From positions 1-64,000 of IMG/VR virus record IMGVR_UViG_3300028666_000001: a DNA stretch of 64,000 nucleotides. One strand, 5' to 3'. Each line of letters begins with the position of its first letter. Positions within the stretch are counted from its first letter, which is position 1. The notes under the pieces were generated by a model, which was not told the origin of the DNA, made no database searches, and saw only the letters and a program-made list of their open reading frames with translations. Made by a program: the position numbers and the translations under genes. Positions 19,893 through 30,713 of the stretch are shown here, piece after piece. This DNA comes from a virus. Its lineage: Duplodnaviria > Heunggongvirae > Uroviricota > Caudoviricetes.

Positions 19893-20066
19893 ATGAAATT
19901 CGAAGAGCTTGAGGTTGGTCAGAAGGTAGCAGATCGTTGGTTCCCTCAGTGGGGAATTGGCAAAGTAACAATTCTGCTTAAGACTCGTGTGGTAGTGGCA
20001 TTTCCGAATATGAATCAGACTTATGATAAAGGTCACGTTCAATTTCTAACCAGGGGGATATATTAA
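19893..20066 (+). CDS. hypothetical protein, probably leaderless transcript
   Basis: ATG 5 nt after -10 TATACT of promoter at 19859. Confidence 0.35.
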   Translation: MKFEELEVGQKVADRWFPQWGIGKVTILLKTRVVVAFPNMNQTYDKGHVQFLTRGIY

Positions 20067-20067
20067 A

Positions 20068-20505
20068 ATGGCTACTGAACAAGTGATTGAAGAACGAGTT
20101 CTTGATGTGTATAAGGCTCACACTGAGTTGGCGGCTGAAGATGTGTTCCCCCTTTATGAAGAGCAGTATGGTGAAACCTCACGAAGTAACAGCATCCACA
20201 CTACAATCAGCAGATTAACAAAGAAGGGCTTACTTTATGTGGTGCGCCGTAAGACTTCCCCACTTACTAAGAAGACGGTTAATGTGTGGAAGTACAATGA
20301 TGGCTCTATCCCTGTGGATGAGTTGCCTCAGTTGGTTAATGAGGTGTCAGTTGCCAGGGAACAAGGCAAGCAAGCCTTGAGTCATGTCCCTGCAGTTAAG
20401 GAGTTGTTGAAGAAGCTGGATGTCTATTTCGCTGGGTTGTCTGATGATAAGAAGCAAGAGAACTTGCACTATGATGTCAACCAGCTCTTGGAAAAGCTTC
20501 AATGA
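20068..20505 (+). CDS. hypothetical protein
   Basis: 145 aa ORF. Confidence 0.4.
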   Translation: MATEQVIEERVLDVYKAHTELAAEDVFPLYEEQYGETSRSNSIHTTISRLTKKGLLYVVRRKTSPLTKKTVNVWKYNDGSIPVDELPQLVNEVSVAREQGKQALSHVPAVKELLKKLDVYFAGLSDDKKQENLHYDVNQLLEKLQ

Positions 20506-22358
20506 TGTCAGTTAAGGAAATTCAAGCTCTTAGGGATCAACATGCTGAATGTTTTTGTGAAGATTCCGTAAATATTGTTGAGTTGTGTGATCAATTACTT
20601 AATGAAATTGAGATACGAGCGGGGAGAGATATATGAGTCAATGGGGGGAATGGGAACACATACCAGATGATCAGAAATTTGAAACCTATAAGATGAAGGT
20701 TCCAGGTGGTTGGCTTATAAGAACAGTTGAGGTTGGCTATCATAACAGACACACAACAGTAACCTTTGTACCAGAGATAAAAGAATGAAGAAGTCTACAA
20801 AGATATTTCTATTACGAGTGGCAATTGCATTACCTTTGTCGCTCATTGCTTACTTTGGTGGATTTGGTCTTTGGGCCTTATTGTTTCTGTTGATCTTATC
20901 GGATGTGAAGGTGACACTCAAATGAAGAAGCGAAATAGAGTTCCTGCACCTTATAATAAATGGATTACTCTTGCAGGATGGAAGAATATTCCTAAAGCCG
21001 AGCGTAAGATTCTAACAGATTTGACTGCATTTCAGAATAAGATGTGGAAGAAATACCCAAAAGGTTTTACGTCGGATGAAGAGTATCACAATATGAACGC
21101 TGAGATTGAATATCTTAAATCAATAGGAGAGCATTAATGCTTACACCACGAGAGTTTGATCAGATTCACGTTGCACTATTTGCTATGGCTAAGACAAAGC
21201 TTAATGGTCGTCCTGTAGTAGATAACGATCATGTGCTTGCGCTGCTTAAATCATTTACACAGGGAGAATTTAAGATTGTCCCTGAAGATGATGATACACT
21301 ATCTGTTCAATTTACTCCTGCTCAGGAAAGCAAATGAAAAAAGAAATCCCATTTACAATAACCTGTCTTCCTGGGTCACTTACAATATGTATTGCCCTTG
21401 GTCTTGTATATGATTGGAAAACAGCTTTTATTACATTTATTATGTTCCTTGTGTTTGGCACAATTGTAGAGAATTTCCTATGAGCAGATTTAAGGCTATA
21501 TCAGGAATGAAGCGATATGGTGAAGGAATACTAAATCCTACTGTAAAGATACTTGTAGAATTAGCAAAGCTTTGGGATCTTACGGATTATGACGGTACAC
21601 TCTTAGCTGAGATTGTACATGAGGCAATGGATAAAGCTTATAGACGTGGATATACTGATGGAGCAAAGGATAGTAAATGAGTAAGGTCTATAGAACCTGG
21701 GCAGGATTGATTAGAGCAGCTGAGAAGGATGGCTTTTATCCCCTTCATTCTAGCTCTGATGATTTCTCAATCAGTTTTTATAAGACAGGCTATGATACCC
21801 TTCTCTATATCAAAGAGGTTGGCAGATGGGTGAAACAATGAACATTTTAGGGTTACACTTTCATGAGTGGAGTAAATGGGAACCTACTCTGTTACAATCC
21901 AGTTTCCCATTGCTTGAAGTCTTTGGTCATAATACAAAGACAGTTGTGCCAGGACAGAAAAGATATTGTAGTGATTGTGGCCTTGAAGCAATACGAAAGA
22001 TAAGTGGGTTCTAATATGAGTGAATTACGTAAACCTAAAATCCTTGTTAAATGCCCCCGTTGTTTAGGATTCAGAGGTATCTATGGCAAGAGTTCAATGG
22101 GATATCCTGCAACATTGCCATGCCCTCGTTGTATAAATAGCTCAGGTGAAGTTGATCTAGCTACACTTACTGAGGAGGAAAAGAAATGAACTGGCGTAAA
22201 TTATTTGGCTTAAAACCAAAAAAGGTTATTGTTATTCCAGATGAAGGTGACGATGCATTAGCTCAGGTGCTCCAAAGAGTTCTTGAGACAGGAAAGCCAG
22301 TTCATGCTGAAGTTGATGAGGATGGTACTATACATTTTATAGATGAGGAGAAAAGCTA

Positions 22359-22538
22359 ATGGGCTATTACGATTTCAGAGAATTCTCAAATGACTTTGAT
22401 GATAGGGAATGTATTGTGTGTAAAGCTGGTCTAATGTATCATTCTTATTATGGCACTGGAGATCATCCATTCATTACAGACAATTTACAATTCCTTGAAT
22501 GGAAACTAAAACAAAAGGAAGAGGCGGTAGCAGCATGA
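22359..22538 (+). CDS. DNLxYLE-tail family member (59 aa, not in ORF track)
   Basis: read from sequence: ..ECIVCKAGLMYHSYYGTGDHPFITDNLQFLEWKLKQKEEAVAA. Confidence 0.5.
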   Translation: MGYYDFREFSNDFDDRECIVCKAGLMYHSYYGTGDHPFITDNLQFLEWKLKQKEEAVAA

Positions 22539-23364
22539 TTACTCTAATTGCTGGTGCTGTCGCTTCAGTGCTTACACTTGCTCCTACTCATAAGATTGGG
22601 GTTGCAGCGTGGTGCAATGTTAATAAGACTGATGGAACAGTTCAATGTAACTATGACACTAAACAAGAATGTGAAGACTATAGAGCTACAGATGAATACT
22701 GTGAAAAGAATCCTGAGCCAGGGAAGAAATCCTAATGAACGATAGACAGAGAGCCATTAAGATATTAGTGAAACGTGGTGAACCTATTGAGCCTAATGAG
22801 TGGACTGATACCCTTATTAAGCAGGTTGTAAAAGAGATTAGGAATAGACGTAAGGCTCATAAAGTATGAAACTTTCCCATTGCAAAGCTAATGCCGTTTA
22901 TGATATACTAGTGGCAGAGGCTGGGGCTCATGAGAACAATAGACTATGCTTTGTCTACTCTCATTGTGAAGAGGAATATCCCTGTGATGAGTTTCGCTTT
23001 GGTGGACACTTTGGCTTTGGTGGTAAGTATTGGTCGGAGCGTAATGCAATCAGCTATTATCAAGAGAATCATACGAAGAAATTAGATAAGCTGGAAGCGA
23101 AGATCAATAAACTATTAGGAGAGATAAAATGAAACAACGATTGATTACGATAGGACTGTTCTTTATTATAAGTGGATTGTGTATCCTGGGAGCAGAGCTT
23201 ACAGCTCCAGTTAAACCAGTAGAGCTTGGTTCCAAATGGGAAGTCACTTGTACGGATACTGAGACAGGCAAGGTTACTTACCATGCTGTTGGAGTAGAGT
23301 ATCCTGTAAGTAATTTTCTCCCACGTAATAGCCGAACGGTATGTGTTGGTCGAAGGTTGCCTAA

Positions 23365-23745
23365 ATGAAGACTTTAGCAATATTATTAGCAGCTGTTAGC
23401 ATAGCAAATGCAGGACTGTTGGATGGAGTTAAAGATAATCCAGACAGATACATTAGTCTTGATCTGTTGGCAACTTGGGATCATAGCAACGGTACTACGA
23501 ATACTCCCTCTGAGTATGGTGGGTTGATACCTGCTGATCAACAGAACAGTCTTCAGAATGATAGAGGAATGCGAGGACAACTACGTATTCCATTAGAAAG
23601 TAATGTTACTTTCTTATTGGGAGGCAATTACTCTTATGGAGATTTTACTTATAGTCAAAGTATGAATAATGTATTGCTACCACAAAATGGGTCTGTCAGA
23701 GGTTATGGAGTGGAAGCAGGATTTCGTTTCTATATTCATAATTAA
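23365..23745 (+). CDS. secreted beta-rich protein, paralog of 17312 gene
   Basis: signal peptide SIANAGLL; LLGGNYSYGDF..GVEAGFRFY. Confidence 0.4.
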   Translation: MKTLAILLAAVSIANAGLLDGVKDNPDRYISLDLLATWDHSNGTTNTPSEYGGLIPADQQNSLQNDRGMRGQLRIPLESNVTFLLGGNYSYGDFTYSQSMNNVLLPQNGSVRGYGVEAGFRFYIHN

Positions 23746-24428
23746 TGGAGGATCAAATGTTTAAAGTTGGAGACAAAGTAAAGCTGAACGGTTGCCCCTA
23801 TGATGAACAGATAGTGGCAGAGCTTATCATTTATACGTTTATGAAAGATCAAGTACAGGCTGTTATAGAGACTAAAAGAGTATCTGAAGAAGGCACATCT
23901 GGTCAATGGATCAAGACAGATCATATGGCTGATTGGACTGATAGTGCATGGTTCACGGAGGTCAAATGAAATTTAGAAAGAAACCAGTAGTAATTGAAGC
24001 GGTCCAGTGGCTACCTAATGAACGAGGTAGCTTGATTGGTGGATGGCCTAAGAGTAAAGCTTGGAAACCTGCTAAGACATGGCTAGTAGGTCTTACCATT
24101 CAGAACTTATTCATTCCTACTCTTGAGGGTGAGACAGTTGCTAATGTTGGTGATTGGGTCATTAAAGGTGTAAAGGGTGAGTTCTATGCTTGCAAGCCAG
24201 ATATCTTTGAAATGACATATGAGAAGGTATCATGATAAAGGTACTGAAGTTGACAATTGTTGCATTAGCTATACTGTTTCTTTTACAGACATACAATCAA
24301 GGTAAACGAGATGGTGAGCAGCAGTATAAGCAAAGCCATAGAATGTACATGGCACTAAAGAGTGCTTATCACTTTGGCTATATAGATGGGCATGAAGGGA
24401 AAAAAGAAGATTGGGATGGCCCAGATCT

Positions 24429-25025
24429 ATGAGTAAAGTATGTGTTGGATGCAAAAAAGATAATACTCAGATCCAATTTGGTTCAGATAAACGAACTTTA
24501 TCTGGTTTAAGATCTCGTTGTAATGAATGTCGTAAAACAGAATCATCTCCAGAAGATGTGAAAGCTCGTGGACAACGTTGGTATATTAAAAATAGAAGTA
24601 AAGTATTGAAAAATGTTCAGGCTTATAAAAAGGCTCATATAGATTGGTGGAGAAAATACACTAATAATTATGATAAAATTAATGCTAAAGAAAGTATTAT
24701 TTATAAAATTAAACGAAATCTTCGTGCTCGTTTACGTGCAGCATTAAAACATAATTTAAAACAAGGATCAGCAGTTCAAGAGCTTGGTTGTTCAGTAGAT
24801 TATTTTAGGAAGTATTTAGAATCTAAATTCTATGGAAATATGTCATGGGATACTTATGGGCTTGGAAAAGATAAATGGCAAATAGATCATATTGTTCCTA
24901 TTAAGAGTTTTGATTTTACAAATAAAGAACAATTTAAAAAAGCTGTTCATTATACTAATCTTCAACCTTTATGGTATATTGATCATGTACTTAAAACCAA
25001 AGAAGATAGGAGGAGTTATAAATGA
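24429..25025 (+). CDS. HNH-type endonuclease, paralog 2 of 3
   Basis: CVGCKK..CNECR zinc site, basic region, WQIDHIVPIKSFDF..HYTNLQPLW. Confidence 0.6.
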   Translation: MSKVCVGCKKDNTQIQFGSDKRTLSGLRSRCNECRKTESSPEDVKARGQRWYIKNRSKVLKNVQAYKKAHIDWWRKYTNNYDKINAKESIIYKIKRNLRARLRAALKHNLKQGSAVQELGCSVDYFRKYLESKFYGNMSWDTYGLGKDKWQIDHIVPIKSFDFTNKEQFKKAVHYTNLQPLWYIDHVLKTKEDRRSYK

Positions 25026-25555
25026 GAGTGATGATGTTGGATTTTGATGGAGTATTGAACAGTAAGCAGCACTTCCTTGCTACCAAAGGCTTTAAGGTTC
25101 CAGGAGCTGATACGCTTAATGATGCAGATTTGTTTCGCATGAAGTCTGATGTCAATGCTAATAACATGTGGGTATTACGCTTTATCATGGATCAAGTACC
25201 AGACCTGAAGATTGTTATCTCCTCAGCTTGGAGAAGCTTCTATAGCCTTGAATCCTTTAAAGAGCTATTCAAGATCTATAAGCTAGATGGTGACAGGATC
25301 ATTGGAGTAACACCAAAGAAATTCAGCTCTGAGCGTATCCATGAGATTCACATGTGGTTGGATGACTATGTAGAACTTCACCACAAGCAGCCAGATTGGG
25401 TTGCCTTGGACGATCATGCTATCTTTAACCTAGGAGATCCAGAGAAGGTTAGAGAGTTCCTAACAGACAGCTGGGTGGGTTTAACGATGCAGGATGCTTT
25501 TAAAATTGTTCAGCACTTTCATCCTGAGTATCAACCTCCTGTGATACTGATATGA
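25022..25555 (+). CDS. HAD-superfamily phosphatase-like protein
   Basis: motif I MLDFDGVL, motif II VISSAW, motif IV ALDDH. Confidence 0.5.
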   Translation: MRVMMLDFDGVLNSKQHFLATKGFKVPGADTLNDADLFRMKSDVNANNMWVLRFIMDQVPDLKIVISSAWRSFYSLESFKELFKIYKLDGDRIIGVTPKKFSSERIHEIHMWLDDYVELHHKQPDWVALDDHAIFNLGDPEKVREFLTDSWVGLTMQDAFKIVQHFHPEYQPPVILI

Positions 25556-25882
25556 TGATTGAATTGTTTGTTAAACGTTTAGCTGGAAACCCCTGTGATG
25601 ATCATAGTAAGTATTATAGAGTCATGCGATATTGGGATTCCTTCTTTGCCGATTGGTCAATTAGAATTCATAAGCTTTATTGCTGCACTGGCATGGATGG
25701 AAGAAAGAGGAATCATTAATGCAATTACCAGTTCATAAAGAGAATCTATTGCCTAGAGGTAAACGAATAGGTAAGTATATTTATATTACACATAAGGGTG
25801 ATTATGCTCCTGGTTGGGTTGAAGTATGGAAACACTTCTTTGGCCCCTGGTACTATTGGAAAGAAACAAGGATACCTAAAAA

Positions 25883-26440
25883 ATGAGATACTTTACAAGC
25901 GATACACACTTTGGTCATGGGAACATTATTAAGTACTGCACACGTCCATTTAAAGATGCAGGTGAGATGGATCGTGCTATCATTGCTAATTGGAATGAAA
26001 CGGTGCAGCCTGATGATATTGTCTACCATCTTGGGGATGTAGCCTTTACTTCACCAGATAGAGCGAAACATATCCTTAGTTGCCTGAATGGGCATAAGAT
26101 ACTGATCCTGGGAAACCATGATAGGTCAGGTCATAAGATGGCAGAGTGGGGCTTTGCTGAAGTGTACCAGTCCAAACAGATTGAGCTGGAAGGTGGTATA
26201 ATCGCTAACCTTTCTCACTATCCATATCGTGGTGATAAGAATGATCCTTATCATAAAGTAAAGTTTGACACTAAGAATCTAGATGATGATGGGCGGCTAC
26301 TTATCTGTGGTCACGTTCATACTGCTTGGAAATCTATTCCAGGTAAGTATAAGAATCATATGATCAATGTGGGTCAGGATCAATGGGCCTTTAGACCTAT
26401 ATCTGAGACTCAGCTTCTAGAGTATCTAAAAACACTTTAA
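25883..26440 (+). CDS. calcineurin-like metallophosphoesterase
   Basis: SDTHFGH, GDVAF (GD), ILGNHD, GHVH motifs. Confidence 0.75.
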   Translation: MRYFTSDTHFGHGNIIKYCTRPFKDAGEMDRAIIANWNETVQPDDIVYHLGDVAFTSPDRAKHILSCLNGHKILILGNHDRSGHKMAEWGFAEVYQSKQIELEGGIIANLSHYPYRGDKNDPYHKVKFDTKNLDDDGRLLICGHVHTAWKSIPGKYKNHMINVGQDQWAFRPISETQLLEYLKTL

Positions 26441-26628
26441 GTCAAGGATTAGAGCGTACAGTCGTAAGTGCCAATACTCCTAGGACTATTGGACCAAAGG
26501 GGCCAGCTCTACAGGAATAATTGTAGGATGAAACTCAATTGGGTGAGTTAGGTGAGTACCCTGGTGCGGTCATTGTTCTAGAAGATGACGATCAGGTTAG
26601 GGGCCGAAACAATTCTCTACCTATGCCC

Positions 26629-26657
26629 TTGACAAATATAATGAAAGGATGTATACT
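26629..26657 (+). promoter_or_regulatory. sigma70-type promoter TTGACA-N17-TATACT (leaderless ATG 26663, ClpX-ZBD-like gene)
   Basis: exact hexamers. Confidence 0.5.
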
Positions 26658-26662
26658 ATAAC

Positions 26663-26851
26663 ATGGTTTGTTTATGTACAGGCTGTGCTCCAAAGCAATC
26701 ATTTAACTCCGCTGAGTGTATGTGGTGTCAGAAGGGATTGCAAGGTATGGGAAAACTTATTAGCCCTAATGGAGCCAGGGTCTGTCAAGACTGTATAAAG
26801 AAAGCTGCGGAGGCTCTTGAGAAGGCAATCAAGGGGGAAAGCAATGGATGA
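26663..26851 (+). CDS. ClpX N-terminal zinc-binding-domain-like protein (orphan ZBD)
   Basis: CMWCQKGLQGMGKLISPNGARVCQDC = CxxC-x18-CxxC, same spacing and GK..KLI..ICDEC pattern as E. coli ClpX [26 protein letters not shown]; leaderless from promoter 26629. Confidence 0.55.
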   Translation: MVCLCTGCAPKQSFNSAECMWCQKGLQGMGKLISPNGARVCQDCIKKAAEALEKAIKGESNG

Positions 26852-27074
26852 TGTGGCAACACCTATTGAACGAATCTGTAGACATTGTGATCATAATGAG
26901 GTTCGTCATTTACCAGCAGATGGTAATATGTTTCATTGTGGTTATGTAGCTACATTTTTTACTGAGACTAATTTGTTAGAGTTTTGCCCTTGTTATAAGT
27001 TTGTGCCAACAGATAATTTAGAGTATGTGGAGTTAAAGCTTAAAGAAAAAGAGGATGAAGTACTTCATTTATGA
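26817..27074 (+). CDS. DNLxYLE-tail small Zn-knuckle protein
   Basis: CRHCDHNEVRH..CPC; tail DNLEYVELK; overlaps ClpX-ZBD-like gene end. Confidence 0.6.
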   Translation: MRRQSRGKAMDDVATPIERICRHCDHNEVRHLPADGNMFHCGYVATFFTETNLLEFCPCYKFVPTDNLEYVELKLKEKEDEVLHL

Positions 27075-27245
27075 AACTATTATTTTGTAAGGTTGGATTG
27101 CATTGGCGTATGAAGATAGTTGAATCACTCTTTGTAGATGTTGTGAGTGGTAAGACGGTTTATAAAGCCATTTGTCCATGCAATGAATATTGGATGATTG
27201 ATACTCTATTAGGTTTTCCATTTTTTAAAGTTCCATTAAACTACG

Positions 27246-27593
27246 ATGAACCCCATGATTAATACCTGGGGTGAATTGTTTACAGCGATTAAGACATGGT
27301 GGAATACAGAGCTTAAATTTGAAACTAAGAAGCTACCTGAACCTTCTGAATATAAAGATATTTTAAGACCTGTTCAGAACATTTCTAGTGGAGAATGGAA
27401 CAGAATACAAAGAGCTGCTTTAAATAAATTAGCTGACCAGTATTTTTCTCACTTACGGGATCGACTAAAGCATGGTGAGATATTGAGTAATGAAGAGCAA
27501 ATCCGATTGAGGAATTATACTCTCCACCAGGATATTGGGCGTTTTCCAAATACATTACCTGAACCTCCTAAGAATATGGAGAGCAATGAATAG
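27246..27593 (+). CDS. hypothetical protein
   Basis: 115 aa ORF. Confidence 0.35.
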   Translation: MNPMINTWGELFTAIKTWWNTELKFETKKLPEPSEYKDILRPVQNISSGEWNRIQRAALNKLADQYFSHLRDRLKHGEILSNEEQIRLRNYTLHQDIGRFPNTLPEPPKNMESNE

Positions 27594-27877
27594 TGTATGG
27601 ATTGTAGGGTTAGTGGTTCTTGGGGGCGGTATCGTGATTACTATATGTCACGAGCTGTTTGATAAATGAGTGATCTAACAGATAAGCAATGGCAGGAGTA
27701 TCTTGGGTTAGATAAACGAAACATGCTATGGAGAGCGCATGAGGCTGTTTGTTCTGCTCAATGTGCATTAAACATTTTAGATCAGAATGATCTTCAATTA
27801 GAAGCTGCAACACTCGCTAAACATATTGAAGATAAGTTAAAAGAATTGTACGATATTCCTAATACAGGAGAAACCAA

Positions 27878-28261
27878 ATGAGCTGGGATCAAGAGTATCA
27901 TGTAGAATCATATTTAGAATTGCTTATTGAACTTACGGGCAAACACCCAGAAGAAGTTCTTGAACATTATCTATTGTTGCAGAAGCTCAGCGTGACAAAG
28001 AAAGAAGAAGTAGTGTTAGATGATGGATTCTTTGGTCCAGTCAAAGGCACTAAGATTACACTCTCTGATGGTCGAGTATATATACCTAAGCTCGTCGAGA
28101 AGTTCAATGAGAATGGTAATCACGGTATTGATACCTATAAATATAAATTGGAAAATGAACCATCATCTGTTATATACATAGGTTTAGATTCAGCTGATCC
28201 TGATGTCGATAGTTATACAGTGCCAGAAGGATATGGACAAGACGATGAGGTTGGTTGCTAA
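27878..28261 (+). CDS. hypothetical protein
   Basis: 127 aa ORF, ATGA-coupled. Confidence 0.35.
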   Translation: MSWDQEYHVESYLELLIELTGKHPEEVLEHYLLLQKLSVTKKEEVVLDDGFFGPVKGTKITLSDGRVYIPKLVEKFNENGNHGIDTYKYKLENEPSSVIYIGLDSADPDVDSYTVPEGYGQDDEVGC

Positions 28262-28488
28262 TGGCCTGGGCTAAAAAAATAGTTCGAAGAGTAATACCTG
28301 ATGTCCGAAGGGTTGGACCTTATAAAAGCTTTTGCCGTAAATGCTCTTGTCATCATCCATATGATAGTGAGGTAAGTGGGATGCTTAAGGGCTGTGTATG
28401 CAATCCTGCAGGTCGTAGAGGTGAATGTGGCTTATATGTCCCAACAGATAACCTTGAGTATTTAGAATTCTTAAATGAAAGTCTTTGA
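28255..28488 (+). CDS. DNLxYLE-tail small Zn-knuckle protein
   Basis: CRKCSCHH..CVC; tail DNLEYLEFL. Confidence 0.6.
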   Translation: MLMAWAKKIVRRVIPDVRRVGPYKSFCRKCSCHHPYDSEVSGMLKGCVCNPAGRRGECGLYVPTDNLEYLEFLNESL

Positions 28489-28705
28489 TAAAGATAAGTT
28501 AGTGGATGTATCACAAGCAATACCCTGGGACTTTCATTGTGTCTGTAGGCATGTAGCTGCTTCTCATTGGTATGCAACAGGTCGTGGAGAGTTGGTATCA
28601 GGACGATGTAATGAATGCCCTTTGGAGTTTGACTTTGATAAATGTGGTATGTTTAGACCAGACAATCTAGTTCACTTAGAGATGAAATCAAAGGAGAGAG
28701 TATGA
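28475..28705 (+). CDS. DNLxYLE-tail small Zn-knuckle protein
   Basis: CVCRH..H..CNEC; tail DNLVHLEMK. Confidence 0.55.
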   Translation: MKVFDKDKLVDVSQAIPWDFHCVCRHVAASHWYATGRGELVSGRCNECPLEFDFDKCGMFRPDNLVHLEMKSKERV

Positions 28706-28977
28706 GCGTCGAACTTAAACCAACAGGTGAGAAGTGTGAAAAGTGTACAGAAGGTTATCTAGTTGAGCGTGTAAACAGCTTAACAAAAAATAGTTTTATT
28801 GGTTGTTCTACTTGGCCCGACTGTGCCTTTACAAAACGTGGTGGAGAGAATCCTACTCCTCCTAGAGTTAAGACTGAATGCTTTGATGTCTATGATTATG
28901 ACAATGATTGTCCAGATAATATGTGCTTTGGTGACTTTGATTATTGTGATGGTCCAGGCAGCAGTGGTTGGTATTGA
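28702..28977 (+). CDS. topoisomerase-type C4 zinc-ribbon protein
   Basis: CEKCTEGYLVERV..FIGCSTWPDC resembles topo I zinc ribbon. Confidence 0.45.
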   Translation: MSVELKPTGEKCEKCTEGYLVERVNSLTKNSFIGCSTWPDCAFTKRGGENPTPPRVKTECFDVYDYDNDCPDNMCFGDFDYCDGPGSSGWY

Positions 28978-29217
28978 CAATGAATGATAAAAATGCTATA
29001 CTTATCTTGTGTATAGTCCTGGGGATTTGTGGTCATCCCTTCTGGGCTATAATACTATATTTAATTTTAACTGATGGTCTATGAAAAGGCTGTGGTTAAT
29101 TAACATTGGTAGGTGCTACCGATGTGGACATATTTTAGAATGGAGTATTGGTTGGGGTACAAAGAATTGGGGCTGGTGGGGTCCTTGGTTCATTCACACA
29201 TATCCCACGATTAGAAC

Positions 29218-29601
29218 TTGTCACGAGTAAAGGAGATTCAAATGAGCTTGATACTAGATTATAATGACGACGATAAGATTCTGTTTAATGATAACACTGC
29301 TGTACGTCAAACTAAAGATAGTATGGATTTTCTTCGTATATTCATAACTGATCGTGGTGCTTCCATTGGTCGTTACTGTGTGCCAGGACGTATTGATATT
29401 TATGATTTTGATTGGGTACGTGGATCAACAGGTTTAGGAAGTCGCGTGGCTTTCTTTACAGATACTCATCTATCATTAGATAAAGCTATTAAACAGGTTA
29501 AACGAGATTTAAAAAAGAAGCATGTTAAAGAGCTGCTTGCTGCGGCAAAGCTTAAGTGTCCACGAAGTTATCTTGATCCTTTGCTAGAAGCACTTCGATA
29601 G
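29218..29601 (+). CDS. hypothetical protein
   Basis: AAGGAG RBS near 29230. Confidence 0.4.
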   Translation: MSRVKEIQMSLILDYNDDDKILFNDNTAVRQTKDSMDFLRIFITDRGASIGRYCVPGRIDIYDFDWVRGSTGLGSRVAFFTDTHLSLDKAIKQVKRDLKKKHVKELLAAAKLKCPRSYLDPLLEALR

Positions 29602-29609
29602 GAGATCAA

Positions 29610-29843
29610 ATGTTAAAACTTATCCAAAAGTATTGGTTCCAAATCTCATTGGCATTTACAATCATAAGCAGCTTAGCAACAGGTGGTTGGTATCTCAAAG
29701 GCAAGATTGATGCACTTACTGATACTGTGGCTGATACAAACAAATGGGTCCAGGATCATGATGATGATATTCAGACATTGCACGATGATACTCTAAAGCT
29801 CAAAGAAGATGAACGTCTTCGAGAAGCAGGACTGTTGAAATAA
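29610..29843 (+). CDS. hypothetical TM + coiled-coil protein
   Basis: one N-terminal TM. Confidence 0.35.
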   Translation: MLKLIQKYWFQISLAFTIISSLATGGWYLKGKIDALTDTVADTNKWVQDHDDDIQTLHDDTLKLKEDERLREAGLLK

Positions 29844-29844
29844 T

Positions 29845-29979
29845 ATGGGTCATAAACGTAATGACTTTGGTGAATTAGTTTGTACTTGTGGTCATGAGCC
29901 TTGGGACCATGTGTTTGCTGATGGCTGTTGCGTACTTAGAAAATGTGGCTGCGAGAAGTTTGTTCAGGCATATGAATGA
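29845..29979 (+). CDS. small Zn-knuckle protein lacking tail (CTCGHEPWDH..C..C)
   Basis: read from sequence, 44 aa. Confidence 0.35.
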   Translation: MGHKRNDFGELVCTCGHEPWDHVFADGCCVLRKCGCEKFVQAYE

Positions 29980-30122
29980 TAATCACTTTGGTTTGTGAGT
30001 GTGATCATCCTAACTGGATGCATACCTATGATATGTGGTGTAACTTCTGTCGTTGCAATATCTTTAAGGTTGACAATCTCAAGTCTTTAGAGTACACTTA
30101 TGGATCTACTGTATCCTTGTAA
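29976..30122 (+). CDS. DNLxYLE-tail family member (48 aa, not in track)
   Basis: read from sequence: CECDHPNWMH..CNFCRC..VDNLKSLEYT. Confidence 0.45.
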   Translation: MIITLVCECDHPNWMHTYDMWCNFCRCNIFKVDNLKSLEYTYGSTVSL

Positions 30123-30282
30123 GACGTGTGGACATGCCTACGAAGATCATCTCGTAGGATTAAGCTGTGCCTTTTGCTGGGCAGATGCAGGGTTTAATAG
30201 ATCATCTGTTATCCATAATATGTGTAAAAGGTTCATAGGGGATAACCTGAAGTACTTAGAGGAGAAACATGCTGAGTCCTGA
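30100..30282 (+). CDS. DNLxYLE-tail small Zn-knuckle protein
   Basis: CKTCGHAYEDH..CAFC; tail DNLKYLEEK. Confidence 0.65.
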   Translation: MDLLYPCKTCGHAYEDHLVGLSCAFCWADAGFNRSSVIHNMCKRFIGDNLKYLEEKHAES

Positions 30283-30490
30283 TTACCTTTGTACCTGTGG
30301 TCATAGAAACAAAATGCATGTATCTCTTGCAGATGCAAAGAAGTACCGTAATCATGAGGGCAGAATGTGCATTGCGTATAAAGATGCTATCTCTGTAGCT
30401 GAGGTTGTTTATCATAATAAAGAAGAGATCTGCAGCTGCAATGATTTTGTAGGAGATAACCTTAAGACATTGGAGAATTTGAGTGTCTGA
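30269..30490 (+). CDS. DNLxYLE-tail small Zn-knuckle protein
   Basis: CTCGHRNKMH..CSC; tail DNLKTLENL. Confidence 0.6.
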   Translation: MLSPDYLCTCGHRNKMHVSLADAKKYRNHEGRMCIAYKDAISVAEVVYHNKEEICSCNDFVGDNLKTLENLSV

Positions 30491-30713
30491 GTATTATCAT
30501 TATCCAAAAGTCAGGGGTGATGAGTATTGCCGTTTCTGTAAGCATCAAGCTTTCTTCCATATGACTACCCAGAATTTTGGTGCTCCTAATATGTCAGCAG
30601 TATGGAAGCAATGTGACTTTGCAGCTAGAAAGTGTTCCTGTCCAGGCTTTGGTGCAATAGATAACCTTCTATACTTGGAGATGTGTGCCGATGACAAACG
30701 TAGTTCATTGTAA
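30483..30713 (+). CDS. DNLxYLE-tail small Zn-knuckle protein
   Basis: CRFCKH..H..CSC; tail DNLLYLEMC. Confidence 0.6.
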   Translation: MSEYYHYPKVRGDEYCRFCKHQAFFHMTTQNFGAPNMSAVWKQCDFAARKCSCPGFGAIDNLLYLEMCADDKRSSL

